A stretch of DNA of 32,536 nucleotides. Origin: a phage. This document shows positions 1 through 8,206 of this stretch, piece after piece. The first letter of the stretch is position 1, and each line of letters starts with the position of its first letter. A program made the position numbers and the translations under genes. Location of the stretch: NCBI GenBank assembly GCA_012925625.1, contig GCA_012925625.1_3625.1; one strand, given 5' to 3'. The notes below the pieces were generated by a model. It made no database searches and had not been told where the DNA came from. It was given only the letters and a program-made list of their open reading frames with translations.

Positions 1-13
1 AGGAGAAAATATC

Positions 14-637
14 ATGACCACCGTTAACATTACTACAGGTTACAATTTATCTTTCGACGTGCTGACCGACGAACAAAAAGAAAAAGCTGTTGAAATGGTC
101 CGCGAAAGAGAAGAACACAGCGGGGATAACTTTTTTGCAGAAAGTGTAATTGAGTACTATAAAGAATATGTTTTTCCAGAGTATGGCCTTGAAGATACCG
201 AAATACATTGGTCCGGCTTTTGGTGTCAAGGCGACGGCGCGTCAATCAGTGCTGAAAACGTGGATTTAGAAAAATTCTTGCGTAAAGTAAAGGCCCTGAC
301 CAAGTTCCGATCAATTCGTCACTTGTTCGGCACAATGCACGATGGCGAGTTATCAGCCAGTGTTGAACGCGACAAGTACAGCCATTACAGCCATGAAAAC
401 ACTGTAAGCGGGTACATTGATACCACCTGGCTAGATCTGACCGCCAAACAAGAAAACAAAGTGGAAGACCTGGAAGAGCTGATCACCGAGACGGTACGGG
501 AGCTATCCCGCAAGGTTTACGTAGACTTGGAAGCGGCATATTTGGAGCAATTCACTACCGAAAACCTGATCGGCCTTATCGAGGCCAATGATTGGCGGTT
601 TGATGTGGATGAATATGGCGAGATGACTTTTTCATAA
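14..637 (+). CDS. hypothetical protein (207 aa), first gene of plus-strand early cluster
   Basis: Long ORF with RBS AGGAGA 8 nt upstream of ATG; no family recognised by eye. Confidence 0.6.
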   Translation: MTTVNITTGYNLSFDVLTDEQKEKAVEMVREREEHSGDNFFAESVIEYYKEYVFPEYGLEDTEIHWSGFWCQGDGASISAENVDLEKFLRKVKALTKFRSIRHLFGTMHDGELSASVERDKYSHYSHENTVSGYIDTTWLDLTAKQENKVEDLEELITETVRELSRKVYVDLEAAYLEQFTTENLIGLIEANDWRFDVDEYGEMTFS

Positions 638-645
638 ATAAAGTG

Positions 646-673
646 TTGCAATAAACTAAAAACCTGCTATATT
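646..673 (+). promoter_or_regulatory. sigma70-like promoter TTGCAA-N16-TATATT
   Basis: -35/-10 hexamers about 55 nt upstream of the 728 ATG. Confidence 0.4.
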
Positions 674-727
674 AAAACTCAAGGGGGCAAGACGTTTGCC
701 CCCACACAAAACAAAGAGGAAAACATC

Positions 728-1108
728 ATGAAAAACACTACTAAAGCTATTGACACCGTTATGTTTAACCTGGTTACCTTTCGCGAGGATATGAAAGATC
801 TTCCGCGTGAAACAGTGTGCGACCATATCGAAAACTATCGCAAACTAATCAAAGAGTTGCCTTTAAAACGTGATCAGTATGCGGCTAACGCCATGCTTAA
901 TGCCATGATCAAAAAGATGATCCAGTGTGATTTAACTCTAGCCTATGATTATGCGGGTGGTCGTTTTGCAGTATACAATCAGCCCGTGCCAGGTATGGGC
1001 ACCACCGAAGAATTGCACGCGTTAAATCTGAAACAAGATGTATGGGATAACATGCCCCGCGTGGTGGTGTGGGCAGAAAGCGGAAAGATTTACGGCGATA
1101 ATTTTTAA
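728..1108 (+). CDS. hypothetical protein (126 aa)
   Basis: ORF with RBS AAGAGGAAAA upstream of ATG. Confidence 0.6.
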   Translation: MKNTTKAIDTVMFNLVTFREDMKDLPRETVCDHIENYRKLIKELPLKRDQYAANAMLNAMIKKMIQCDLTLAYDYAGGRFAVYNQPVPGMGTTEELHALNLKQDVWDNMPRVVVWAESGKIYGDNF

Positions 1109-1117
1109 TCAGGTAAC

Positions 1118-1144
1118 AGGCGGCAAATATGCCGCCTTATTGTT
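1118..1144 (+). terminator. intrinsic terminator hairpin AGGCGGCA-aata-TGCCGCCT followed by TTATTGTT
   Basis: 8-bp GC-rich stem plus T-rich tail directly after the 1108 stop. Confidence 0.5.
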
Positions 1145-1172
1145 AAACAGAACTGCAAAAGAGGTACATAGA

Positions 1173-1544
1173 ATGGAATTTATTATTTTGGCCGTATTAG
1201 TTGCCTTGTTTAACGCCTGGATCGCTGGCAAGATGGGCAGATCCGCCTTTTTATGGTTTATTATATCTATTTTCCTGGGGGTGGTTGCAACTATTGTATT
1301 GGTTATCCTTGCAATTGTTGACAAGGGGAATAATAGAAAGGGTAAAGTATTTTCAGACCTGTACGACGCTCAAACGTTTGTCAACGCCTATTATAGTGAT
1401 CTTCCAGTCTCCCTACGTTGCAGCCTTGCACAACAGGTTTTCGATGAAGCTAAAACCAGAGATCACGCCCATGAGATTTGTTTAACTGAGGCGGATCGCC
1501 TATTTGAGAGGAATAGAAAATATGTGGGCCAGCCGTTTAAATAA
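1173..1544 (+). CDS. small membrane protein (123 aa, two predicted TM helices at N-terminus)
   Basis: Start moved to internal ATG at 1173 (RBS AAGAGGT 8 nt upstream); hydrophobic N-terminus MEFIILAVLVALFNAWIAG...FIISIFLGVVATIVLVILAIV. Confidence 0.55.
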   Translation: MEFIILAVLVALFNAWIAGKMGRSAFLWFIISIFLGVVATIVLVILAIVDKGNNRKGKVFSDLYDAQTFVNAYYSDLPVSLRCSLAQQVFDEAKTRDHAHEICLTEADRLFERNRKYVGQPFK

Positions 1545-1767
1545 TGCCACGTTAATTAACCCCTTCAGTGAAGATTTGAAGCCAGCCGCCTGGCGGGATG
1601 GATTCAATAAAGAAAGCTTTATTTTCAGGCCTGATCTTAAGGAATTTTATAACAATGGATCGAACAACGACAGAGATAATTTTTCTTATGATGTGTGTGG
1701 TGATAATACTCCTGGGGGCCATTGTAAACCACGTCACTACTACCAGGAGGAAAGGGGGAGACGATGA
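1522..1767 (+). CDS. hypothetical protein (81 aa)
   Basis: ORF in track; chosen start ATG 1522 with RBS GAGAGGAA; overlaps previous gene end. Confidence 0.45.
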   Translation: MWASRLNNATLINPFSEDLKPAAWRDGFNKESFIFRPDLKEFYNNGSNNDRDNFSYDVCGDNTPGGHCKPRHYYQEERGRR

Positions 1768-1883
1768 CACCCAAGGATAAGCCACGCACCGATAAGGCGC
1801 GCCGTGTTATGGTGTGGCTGGAGATCATCGCCCTTGAAATATTGTTAGGCGTAGGGATGTACTTTATCGCTGTAAGTAACTAA
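1764..1883 (+). CDS. small membrane peptide (39 aa), not in ORF track
   Basis: Strong RBS GGAGGAAAGGGGGAG; ATGA overlap with upstream stop; hydrophobic core VMVWLEIIALEILLGVGMYFIAV; stop immediately followed by terminator. Confidence 0.5.
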   Translation: MTPKDKPRTDKARRVMVWLEIIALEILLGVGMYFIAVSN

Positions 1884-1888
1884 GAACG

Positions 1889-1916
1889 GCCCCCGATCAT
1901 GGGGGCTTATCTTTTT
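1889..1916 (+). terminator. intrinsic terminator GCCCCC-gatcat-GGGGGC + TTATCTTTTT
   Basis: Perfect 6-bp GC stem and T-tract. Confidence 0.65.
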
Positions 1917-1939
1917 AAAAAAATTTTTCTCCCAGGGTG

Positions 1940-1967
1940 TTGCAATCCGGTCCGGAATGTGGATAAT
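1940..1967 (+). promoter_or_regulatory. sigma70-like promoter TTGCAA-N16-GATAAT (TGtGGATAAT)
   Basis: Hexamers upstream of the 2024 gene; same aatNtGGATAAT architecture as at 3102. Confidence 0.45.
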
Positions 1968-2023
1968 AACAATCAACGGGGAGCTAATCCCCACCAACAC
2001 AAAAACCAGAAAGGAGAAACAAA

Positions 2024-2224
2024 ATGAGCAACAATATCCGCGTTATTAACTTCAAAAAAGAAGAAAAAATTGCCGTGCTGATTGACGGTCAAGAAATCTT
2101 CAAGGGCGATTATGAAGATCATCAAACGGCGATTAGTATCACTCGCGTGATCGGTTACCATAATTTCTACCCCCAAGGCGCTGAGGCAGCAGTTAAACGA
2201 ATCAAAGAGATTGTAGGCCTGTAA
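2024..2224 (+). CDS. hypothetical protein (66 aa)
   Basis: ORF with RBS AAAGGAGAAA; flanked by promoter and hairpin. Confidence 0.6.
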   Translation: MSNNIRVINFKKEEKIAVLIDGQEIFKGDYEDHQTAISITRVIGYHNFYPQGAEAAVKRIKEIVGL

Positions 2225-2317
2225 AATTTATTTTTAGATGGCCTTGACTCCAGGGCCATCAATAAAGTAAATTTAAACCCTGTTAAAATACCACGCAGTT
2301 AACAAGGAGTGATAGAC

Positions 2318-2617
2318 ATGTTTATCCAGGCTAATAATCTTTATTTCTTTGATGGTCAGATCGTAGACGGTGTGGAAGTGGAGATCACCGGGTGCCCTGG
2401 CGGTCAGGCTATGACTTTTCGGAATAATGCCTTTGATGATTCTCATATCGTTATGAGAATGGAAGTTACGAAGCTGGACGACAAGAAAACACTTATTGAC
2501 TATTCTGTGAAAGATCATCCAGACTACCGCATGATCCATGGCGATTTGTGCATTGTTGACCGTGACAAGGTGGGCGGCATTGTGATCGCTATTGTGAACG
2601 ATGTTTTCTCAAACTAA
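2318..2617 (+). CDS. hypothetical protein (99 aa)
   Basis: ATG at 2318 preferred over the upstream GTG because RBS AAGGAG lies 9 nt upstream. Confidence 0.55.
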   Translation: MFIQANNLYFFDGQIVDGVEVEITGCPGGQAMTFRNNAFDDSHIVMRMEVTKLDDKKTLIDYSVKDHPDYRMIHGDLCIVDRDKVGGIVIAIVNDVFSN

Positions 2618-2634
2618 TTTCAGCAGGTGATTTT

Positions 2635-2985
2635 ATGAAAGTCAAACTATATTACCTTAATGAGCTTAACCCCCTTGCCCAGGTCCGCGCCCTGGCTAAT
2701 ACCTTGATTTGTGAGAAATCTGCATATTGTGTTGAGCTTAACGCCATGCGTGAACGTCTCAAAGGTGGTTACTTTGACATCCATGCTGCAATCAACGGCC
2801 TGAATATGGAATTTATACGCCTACGTAACAGCCGCCGGAATCTGGCAAGAATGGAACAAGATCCGGCCCACCTTCGTAAACTGGTTATTGAAAATCATCT
2901 GATGTTCAATGCCGAGGGTGATTATTACCATTTTAACCGCAAACGTTGGTACCGTGGCGGCAATACAGGCAAGAATGCAAAATAA
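2635..2985 (+). CDS. hypothetical protein (116 aa)
   Basis: ORF with RBS CAGGTGA; followed by two hairpins. Confidence 0.6.
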   Translation: MKVKLYYLNELNPLAQVRALANTLICEKSAYCVELNAMRERLKGGYFDIHAAINGLNMEFIRLRNSRRNLARMEQDPAHLRKLVIENHLMFNAEGDYYHFNRKRWYRGGNTGKNAK

Positions 2986-3020
2986 GGCCCTTAGCAGGGC
3001 CTGCAGCGATATAATCACAT

Positions 3021-3055
3021 AAAGGCTATGCGGTTGCATGGCCTTTATTATTTTA
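3021..3055 (+). terminator. intrinsic terminator (11-bp stem AAAGGCTATGC/GCATGGCCTTT, T-rich tail)
   Basis: Hairpin plus ATTATTTT; preceded by a second hairpin AGGCCC-ttagca-GGGCCT at 2985-3002. Confidence 0.6.
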
Positions 3056-3101
3056 GCGTTACAGCGGCCCCAAGGCGCTTAAAAATTTTTTAAAGAAGTA
3101 C

Positions 3102-3129
3102 TTGCATCAAGCCCTACAATATGGATAAT
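3102..3129 (+). promoter_or_regulatory. sigma70-like promoter TTGCAT-N16-GATAAT (TGGATAAT)
   Basis: Hexamers about 55 nt upstream of the 3185 ATG. Confidence 0.45.
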
Positions 3130-3184
3130 AGGACGTGTCAGGGGGAGGCCCCAATCATTAACCGGATAGATAGGAGTTAAAACC

Positions 3185-3469
3185 ATGGCTATTGTTACCG
3201 CTGGCGATGTAGTAGAAATGGAAGCAAAATACTTAAAAGCGGGTATGCATATCCTACGCAACGATCTTGAACTGGTCCTGACAATGGTTGACTATAACCC
3301 AGGGCAAGATTATCCAAGTGTTGACTACTTTTTTGAGTATGTTGATGAAGAGTTGAAAGAGGATGAGGCCTATTGCGGTGAGTTCTGCAACTTCTTTTGT
3401 CCTGATGAGGTTGTAAAGGTTATCTATCAACCTGGCGTAGCTTTCCCGCTGCACGCTATCAATAAATAA
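3185..3469 (+). CDS. hypothetical acidic protein (94 aa)
   Basis: ORF with RBS GATAGGAG. Confidence 0.6.
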   Translation: MAIVTAGDVVEMEAKYLKAGMHILRNDLELVLTMVDYNPGQDYPSVDYFFEYVDEELKEDEAYCGEFCNFFCPDEVVKVIYQPGVAFPLHAINK

Positions 3470-3531
3470 ACCTGGCGGGGCCGAAAAGGCCCCCGCCTGA
3501 AATTATGAAAAATAAAAAGAGGCAAACTATC

Positions 3532-3765
3532 ATGATGGAACAAATTAAACGCGCTGAGGCTATTAATGGCAATGTGATCTATTTTGTCAGCAAAAACGAA
3601 AAAGGCGTACCCTATGCGGCGGTAATAGTACAGCCTGACGGAGATTATTGGTGCACTGTGTACGGCGCTTATTCTTTTGGGCGTCCAGTGCATGATAAAA
3701 TTTTGAAAGTAGCGAACCCTACCGGGAAAAATATTACAGCAGAAAAATTTTTTGAAAATAGTTGA
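3532..3765 (+). CDS. hypothetical protein (77 aa)
   Basis: Start at ATGATG 3532 with RBS AAGAGG; the track ORF starts upstream without an RBS. Confidence 0.55.
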   Translation: MMEQIKRAEAINGNVIYFVSKNEKGVPYAAVIVQPDGDYWCTVYGAYSFGRPVHDKILKVANPTGKNITAEKFFENS

Positions 3766-3789
3766 CATGACCATATAAAACTGTAGTAT
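3762..3789 (+). promoter_or_regulatory. sigma70-like promoter TTGACA-N16-TAGTAT
   Basis: Consensus -35 and TAnnnT -10 upstream of the 3841 gene. Confidence 0.45.
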
Positions 3790-3840
3790 ATAAATAAAAG
3801 GGAGCAACAAGCCCCACCAACCACAAAGAGGATAAAAATC

Positions 3841-4020
3841 ATGGCTATTATTGCAAAGACCGAGATCGTAGGCTTAGATTCTATTCTCCTCGCATATGAG
3901 GAAGCTATAGAAATGTATGTGGTTTCCTATGGTGAGTATATCCGTGAATATGAATCTATTGATCTAGCTTTTGAATGTTATATTCGCCAGGTTAATAAAG
4001 CGTACGATGATTATCGTTAA
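3841..4020 (+). CDS. hypothetical protein (59 aa), not in ORF track
   Basis: RBS AAAGAGGATAAAAATC then ATG; uninterrupted 60 codons ending TAA at 4018-4020. Confidence 0.5.
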   Translation: MAIIAKTEIVGLDSILLAYEEAIEMYVVSYGEYIREYESIDLAFECYIRQVNKAYDDYR

Positions 4021-4111
4021 AATAGTTTGACAACAAACAACCATCTAACAAAGCATAATACATAAGGTGGTAGAATGATCCGCCACCCGGAACAAAGAAG
4101 AGGTAAACACC

Positions 4112-4357
4112 ATGAAAAGCAATAAAGGTTATAACGGTTACAAAAACAAAACTCATTGGAATGTAAGCCTTTGGATTAATAACGATGAGTCATTGTACCG
4201 GTTGGCCCAAGGCTTTATTAACTCTAATGCTAATCGTAATGATGCGGCGCGGGATATGATGCTTTTTCTGGAGCTAACCGGACAAGATAATACCCCGGAC
4301 GGCTTCAAGTACAGCACTACGGCGATCCGTGCCGCGATGGTTGGAATGAAACACTAA
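4112..4357 (+). CDS. hypothetical protein (81 aa)
   Basis: RBS AAGAAGAGGTAAACACC then ATG. Confidence 0.6.
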   Translation: MKSNKGYNGYKNKTHWNVSLWINNDESLYRLAQGFINSNANRNDAARDMMLFLELTGQDNTPDGFKYSTTAIRAAMVGMKH

Positions 4358-4434
4358 AAGCACATAGCTGCCTTACCCTGGGGCTGTGGTAGCGGCCCCA
4401 TGAATAAGGTTACTAACAGAAGAGAATAAACACC

Positions 4435-4539
4435 ATGAAACAGAAATTAATCGATGCAGTGATCTTGGTTATTGCCCTGGGTATTGGCCTGATTGCAACC
4501 ATGTCTAATATGATCTTGTCTTCCAACGGTATCGGGTGA
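4435..4539 (+). CDS. small membrane peptide (34 aa), not in ORF track
   Basis: RBS GAAGAG; hydrophobic core VILVIALGIGLIATM; sits between 4357 stop and 4549 start. Confidence 0.4.
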   Translation: MKQKLIDAVILVIALGIGLIATMSNMILSSNGIG

Positions 4540-4548
4540 GGTTGGCAA

Positions 4549-4764
4549 ATGATCACTAACAAAACAGGCAAAACAGAATTTTTACGCAACTTGCAGATCG
4601 GCAAGCCAGAGATCTGGCATTGCACTAAAACACCACGTGACGAAATGAAAGACTTCACCGCCACGCTGCAACGGGTAAAGATATCCATCACGCAGAAAAA
4701 GGCCTTGATAGTGGTAGAAGGTGAGATCCCTCAAACCGTTGTTATAGTTGAGCGTACAGCATAG
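4549..4764 (+). CDS. hypothetical protein (71 aa)
   Basis: RBS GGTGAGG then ATG. Confidence 0.55.
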   Translation: MITNKTGKTEFLRNLQIGKPEIWHCTKTPRDEMKDFTATLQRVKISITQKKALIVVEGEIPQTVVIVERTA

Positions 4765-4855
4765 TTTAATTTATAGCGATACCTGAAAATTAACCAATAA
4801 ATCATAAACAGGCGGTTACCGCCGCCTTAAACGTAGCAGAAAGAGGCTAGACACA

Positions 4856-5140
4856 ATGAAAAAGATGATCGCAGTAGTTGCCCTGGTTGTTGGACTTAAT
4901 GCGCCTGTAATGGCTAAAGAGCTGGCAAAAGAGGTTAATCTAACGGATATCCATGCCGTCAATCAAATCGGGGTTACTTATCGCTTATGCCTTGCCGCTA
5001 AAACTTTTAATGACGGCACAACGGAGTACTACGGATTCGAAGGTATCCGGTGCGGTGAGCTTGCTCGCGACCTTAAGGAAGATCCAGACCTGGAAGATCT
5101 GCCCATCACCGTAAACGGTAAAGCTTACGTAAACCGTTAA
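4856..5140 (+). CDS. small secreted/periplasmic protein (94 aa) with N-terminal signal peptide
   Basis: N-terminus MKKMIAVVALVVGLNAPVMA-KE has signal-peptide shape (basic n-region, hydrophobic core, AxA site); RBS AGAAAGAGG. Confidence 0.6.
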   Translation: MKKMIAVVALVVGLNAPVMAKELAKEVNLTDIHAVNQIGVTYRLCLAAKTFNDGTTEYYGFEGIRCGELARDLKEDPDLEDLPITVNGKAYVNR

Positions 5141-5142
5141 CC

Positions 5143-5277
5143 ATGAGAAAGATAATCATCACCTTGGGGATTGTGGCGGGATCGCTGGCGCTCTTTCCCC
5201 TTATGGTTAGGTATGTGCTGATCAGTATTGTCCTGGTAGTCAGTGATCTATTGGAAACGGTTGGCACCTTGTTTTAA
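5143..5277 (+). CDS. small membrane protein (44 aa), not in ORF track
   Basis: ATG 3 nt after upstream stop (coupled); two hydrophobic segments; weak RBS. Confidence 0.35.
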   Translation: MRKIIITLGIVAGSLALFPLMVRYVLISIVLVVSDLLETVGTLF

Positions 5278-5289
5278 AGAGCGGTAAAA

Positions 5290-5481
5290 ATGAATATCGA
5301 ACAAGTTAGAAAAGTATTAGCGGTACTGCGTTATCATAATCATAGAAAGGTCATAGACGATCCTGATTATGTTGATTCAAGCCTGGAAGGGGATACACTA
5401 CAAGCTATAAGTAACATGCAAGAATTGCTAAAGCGCATGACAGAGAAAAACCGACCGGACTACATAGGCGAAAAAATATAA
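5290..5481 (+). CDS. hypothetical protein (63 aa)
   Basis: RBS AAAGAGCGGTAAAA then ATG; followed by terminator. Confidence 0.55.
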   Translation: MNIEQVRKVLAVLRYHNHRKVIDDPDYVDSSLEGDTLQAISNMQELLKRMTEKNRPDYIGEKI

Positions 5482-5495
5482 TATTTATAAACTAC

Positions 5496-5527
5496 AAAAC
5501 AGGGCTTGCAATGGTCCTGTTTTTTGT
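5496..5527 (+). terminator. intrinsic terminator AAAACAGG...CCTGTTTT + TTTTTGTT
   Basis: Stem-loop with T-tract after the 5481 stop. Confidence 0.6.
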
Positions 5528-5609
5528 TATACTTGTTTCACGGCAGGCACCTGGCGACGGGTGGAGACAATCACCGGGCCTGCCTGTCATATAAGAACTA
5601 TAAAAACCG

Positions 5610-5638
5610 TTGACATCTGCCATGGGGGGAGGTAACAT
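5610..5638 (+). promoter_or_regulatory. sigma70-like promoter TTGACA-N17-TAACAT
   Basis: Consensus -35, weaker -10, upstream of the 5693 gene. Confidence 0.3.
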
Positions 5639-5692
5639 TTATCTTGAAGGGGCAAAGGTGCCCACACAACAACCAGGAGAGAGGAAAACACT

Positions 5693-5965
5693 ATGTCAAG
5701 CTGGATTAATCAAGAAGTCGAATCACGTTTTAATGCTATTTGGGATCTCATCGAAAAAGAGGACGGAACATCAAGCCCTTACCTCAATAATCTTGAATTC
5801 CATTTTGTGGAAGCGATGAACGCAGAACATGATCACGAAGGTGGTGCGGACGAGTTCGCTAAAGGGTATGGCTTCAACAATGCCAACGAAATGATCGAGG
5901 CAGTTGTACTCCAGGCTGAGGAAGATTATCAATTAAAAACGCTTGAATTCTGCCGCCGCAAGTAA
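5693..5965 (+). CDS. hypothetical acidic protein (90 aa)
   Basis: RBS AGGAGAGAGGAAAA; preferred over the overlapping 5610 ORF in another frame. Confidence 0.6.
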   Translation: MSSWINQEVESRFNAIWDLIEKEDGTSSPYLNNLEFHFVEAMNAEHDHEGGADEFAKGYGFNNANEMIEAVVLQAEEDYQLKTLEFCRRK

Positions 5966-6026
5966 TAAGATAATGACACGGGCCAAAAGGCCCCCTAAAC
6001 CAGAACCACATAAAAAGGTAAACATC

Positions 6027-6290
6027 ATGAAACGTCTTGATCAGCTCAAACTAGTTCAGTACATGGCCTACAAAGTTCTTGAAGTCCAAAAAGGTAGCAA
6101 AAAAGAGGTTTGCGAGAAAGCGTACAAGATCTTTACCCGTAAAAAAGATGATTGGATGTTACGCCAGACCAAAAAAGCCGATATCTTGGGGTACCTGGAA
6201 GAAGAGATCCGGCTTGAAGAACAAGAAGAGATCCGCCGTAGTGAAGCAGATTATCAGGCAGCTTGGGAAAACTGGATGAGTAACAAATAA
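6027..6290 (+). CDS. hypothetical Lys/Glu-rich protein (87 aa)
   Basis: Start at ATG 6027 with RBS AAAAGGT; the track ORF extends upstream without an RBS. Confidence 0.55.
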   Translation: MKRLDQLKLVQYMAYKVLEVQKGSKKEVCEKAYKIFTRKKDDWMLRQTKKADILGYLEEEIRLEEQEEIRRSEADYQAAWENWMSNK

Positions 6291-6357
6291 TACAACAAGT
6301 TACATGGTCAGGGGGCAATAAAGCCCCTTGATCGCATAAAAATTATGCCATCCTTGG

Positions 6358-6386
6358 TTGACAAGGATCGGCAGTTTTGCTATATT
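6358..6386 (+). promoter_or_regulatory. sigma70-like promoter TTGACA-N17-TATATT
   Basis: Near-consensus hexamers about 50 nt upstream of the 6435 ATG. Confidence 0.5.
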
Positions 6387-6434
6387 CTTTTTGAAGGGAA
6401 GTTGTAAGAAAATTAACTAAGAGGTAAAAACACC

Positions 6435-6854
6435 ATGAACATTAAATCTAATAATCCGGCATATAGCTTTGATAACGCTTTTTGTCACGGTCCGGCGGCG
6501 AAAGGATTCGAAATCGATGGTAAACTAATTATTGTCAATGTTGACGGGGAAGAGGTTGCAGTATATCCGGTGGCAGACGTTAAAAGCCGTTTGCAATGCC
6601 GCATGGATGTTACCGCCTACCAGCTTGATCCGGTCCGCATAGTTGCCCTGGTCCTGGAGGAAGAGATCAAAGCCATGCATCATAGCAACAAGTTTATCGG
6701 TGACGCGCAAGATAATATGAAGGTATGCCGCTATAAAGTTAATGAAGTGCTTAAAGAATATGGCTTCAAAGATCTGATGATCAAGCGTGATGAAAAATTC
6801 CGTTATCGTAACGACCTGGCAAATCGAATCTATGAAATATACGAATCATTATAA
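6435..6854 (+). CDS. hypothetical protein (139 aa)
   Basis: RBS AAGAGGTAAAAACACC then ATG; last plus-strand gene before the ORF-poor region. Confidence 0.65.
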   Translation: MNIKSNNPAYSFDNAFCHGPAAKGFEIDGKLIIVNVDGEEVAVYPVADVKSRLQCRMDVTAYQLDPVRIVALVLEEEIKAMHHSNKFIGDAQDNMKVCRYKVNEVLKEYGFKDLMIKRDEKFRYRNDLANRIYEIYESL

Positions 6855-6872
6855 TTTCTTAACTAAACTATC

Positions 6873-6900
6873 AGGGGCTTTAAAAGGCCCCTTTCTTTTT
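6873..6900 (+). terminator. intrinsic terminator GGGGCTTT-aa-AAGGCCCC + TTTCTTTTTG
   Basis: 8-bp stem with T-tract; ends the plus-strand transcription unit. Confidence 0.65.
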
Positions 6901-7517
6901 GTCTGTATTTCTCCTACCACAAACGGCCCTACCTGGCAAATGGAATAATTGACGAGCCATCAATCCCACACACTGTACAAATATACATGTAAAATAGCTA
7001 TTGCATAACCTTTCATTGTGTGGTAGCGGTGCTATTTTTTACCCGTTTTCCTTCCAAAGTTGCACGTAATGCAGTTATTGCACAAAATTTAACCTGATGC
7101 ACATCTTCAATACCTTGTCAACAACTAAAAATCTTTATAAGTCATACACTTACATAACCACAAAAGCGTGTTCTACGCGAAAAATCGAGTATAACTATAG
7201 CCGCCAGATCTCAGAATTCACGTACGCACGCCATTCTATAGCCTGCAAAGTATTTATTCCAACCACAGAATAACGGAATAGTCAATACCTGCATAAAATA
7301 ATTATTCGTGTAAACTGCATAACATAAATCAGCTCAGGTGTCAACATTTTTCGTAAACAGTCCGAAATTATCACGATGAGTTATCATAAACAGAGAAATC
7401 TTTAGTCGTCTAATGTTTACTGTACATTACTATACTGACTGGAATCATTAGATGACTAAGAGAAAGATAAGAAATAATTAATAATGTAATTATTTTACCT
7501 GTAACAATAAGGCAACT

Positions 7518-7750
7518 ATGCAAACGAATGGCATGGCGCGACGGAGTCGCGACATAATATAAAAGCAGTAACCATCACCCCCGTGATAGTTTGTCTGCAA
7601 ACTATTAATCAGATCATAGTTGCCTTGTATTTAGTTAATCATGACATAACAAGCAAGGCAACTATAGATCTTCTAATAGTTGCCCTGCTTTTATATTATG
7701 TCATATATTATTATCTTGTTAATTGTTTTCATGCAAACGAATGGCATGGC
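7518..7750. repeat. two copies of a 20-mer direct repeat ATGCAAACGAATGGCATGGC (7518-7537 and 7731-7750) bracketing an inverted-repeat cluster
   Basis: Exact 20/20 identity read directly from the sequence. Confidence 0.7.
7586..7684. repeat. cluster of ATAGTTGCC/GGCAACTAT inverted repeats, with further copies of the 9-mer at 7511-7519 and 7676-7684
   Basis: Palindrome ATAGTTTG-tctg-CAAACTAT (7586-7605); 12-bp inverted repeat ATAGTTGCCTTG (7616-7627) / CAAGGCAACTAT (7654-7665). Confidence 0.65.
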
Positions 7751-7851
7751 TTATCATATCTGCGTGAACAGTCTATGCATAAACAGTGAGATATGGAATA
7801 GTAACAATTGTTATTGTGTGCCAGATAAGTTTTGTCATGAAGTGCTTAAGG

Positions 7852-7879
7852 TGTCAAAAGTGACAATTTTGTCAGACAA
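7852..7879. promoter_or_regulatory. paired TGTCA/TGACA palindromes (TGTCA-aaag-TGACA and TTGTC-a-GACAA), operator-like
   Basis: Two perfect short palindromes 4 nt apart; further TTGTCA copies at 7833 and 7895. Confidence 0.35.
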
Positions 7880-8171
7880 GTTTTTCTCCTCTTTGTCAAG
7901 TGCTGCATGAAAAATTTACAATCTGGTATGGTAGCATTTTTGCGGCCCCGTTTACATTCAGTGATGTATGTATAAGCCTTGTTGTGTGGGCGTTTAGACG
8001 TCTAGACGGTTGGAAGTCCACAGGTCAATATCTAATCTATCGGCTGCTAACTATATCCCACACAAATAGTAAGAAATATAATTGTTATGCGTGTAAACAG
8101 TAACTCATGGTATCAATCCCTGTATGTATCGCCAGTGGTGCGCATAATAGGTATTATGTTAAATTGCCCGT

Positions 8172-8206
8172 AATGATAACTATTCTCACAATGATAGGTA
8201 TTCTCA
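8172..8206. repeat. iteron-like tandem repeat AATGATA(AC/GG)TATTCTCA x2, with related ATAGGTATT copies at 8148 and 8222
   Basis: Two 17-mers with 2 mismatches at an 18-bp period. Confidence 0.55.

Noticed and set aside
33-245. Minus-strand ORFs antisense to the first gene (33-245, 47-229)
   Set aside because: Shadow ORFs inside a well-supported plus-strand gene
1038-1172. N-terminal extension of the 1173 membrane-protein ORF
   Set aside because: The extension overlaps the upstream gene and lacks an RBS; the internal ATG at 1173 has a good RBS
4027-4059. Promoter TTGACA ... CATAAT upstream of the 4112 gene
   Set aside because: Spacer of about 21 nt is too long for a sigma70 promoter; the TTGACA is probably fortuitous
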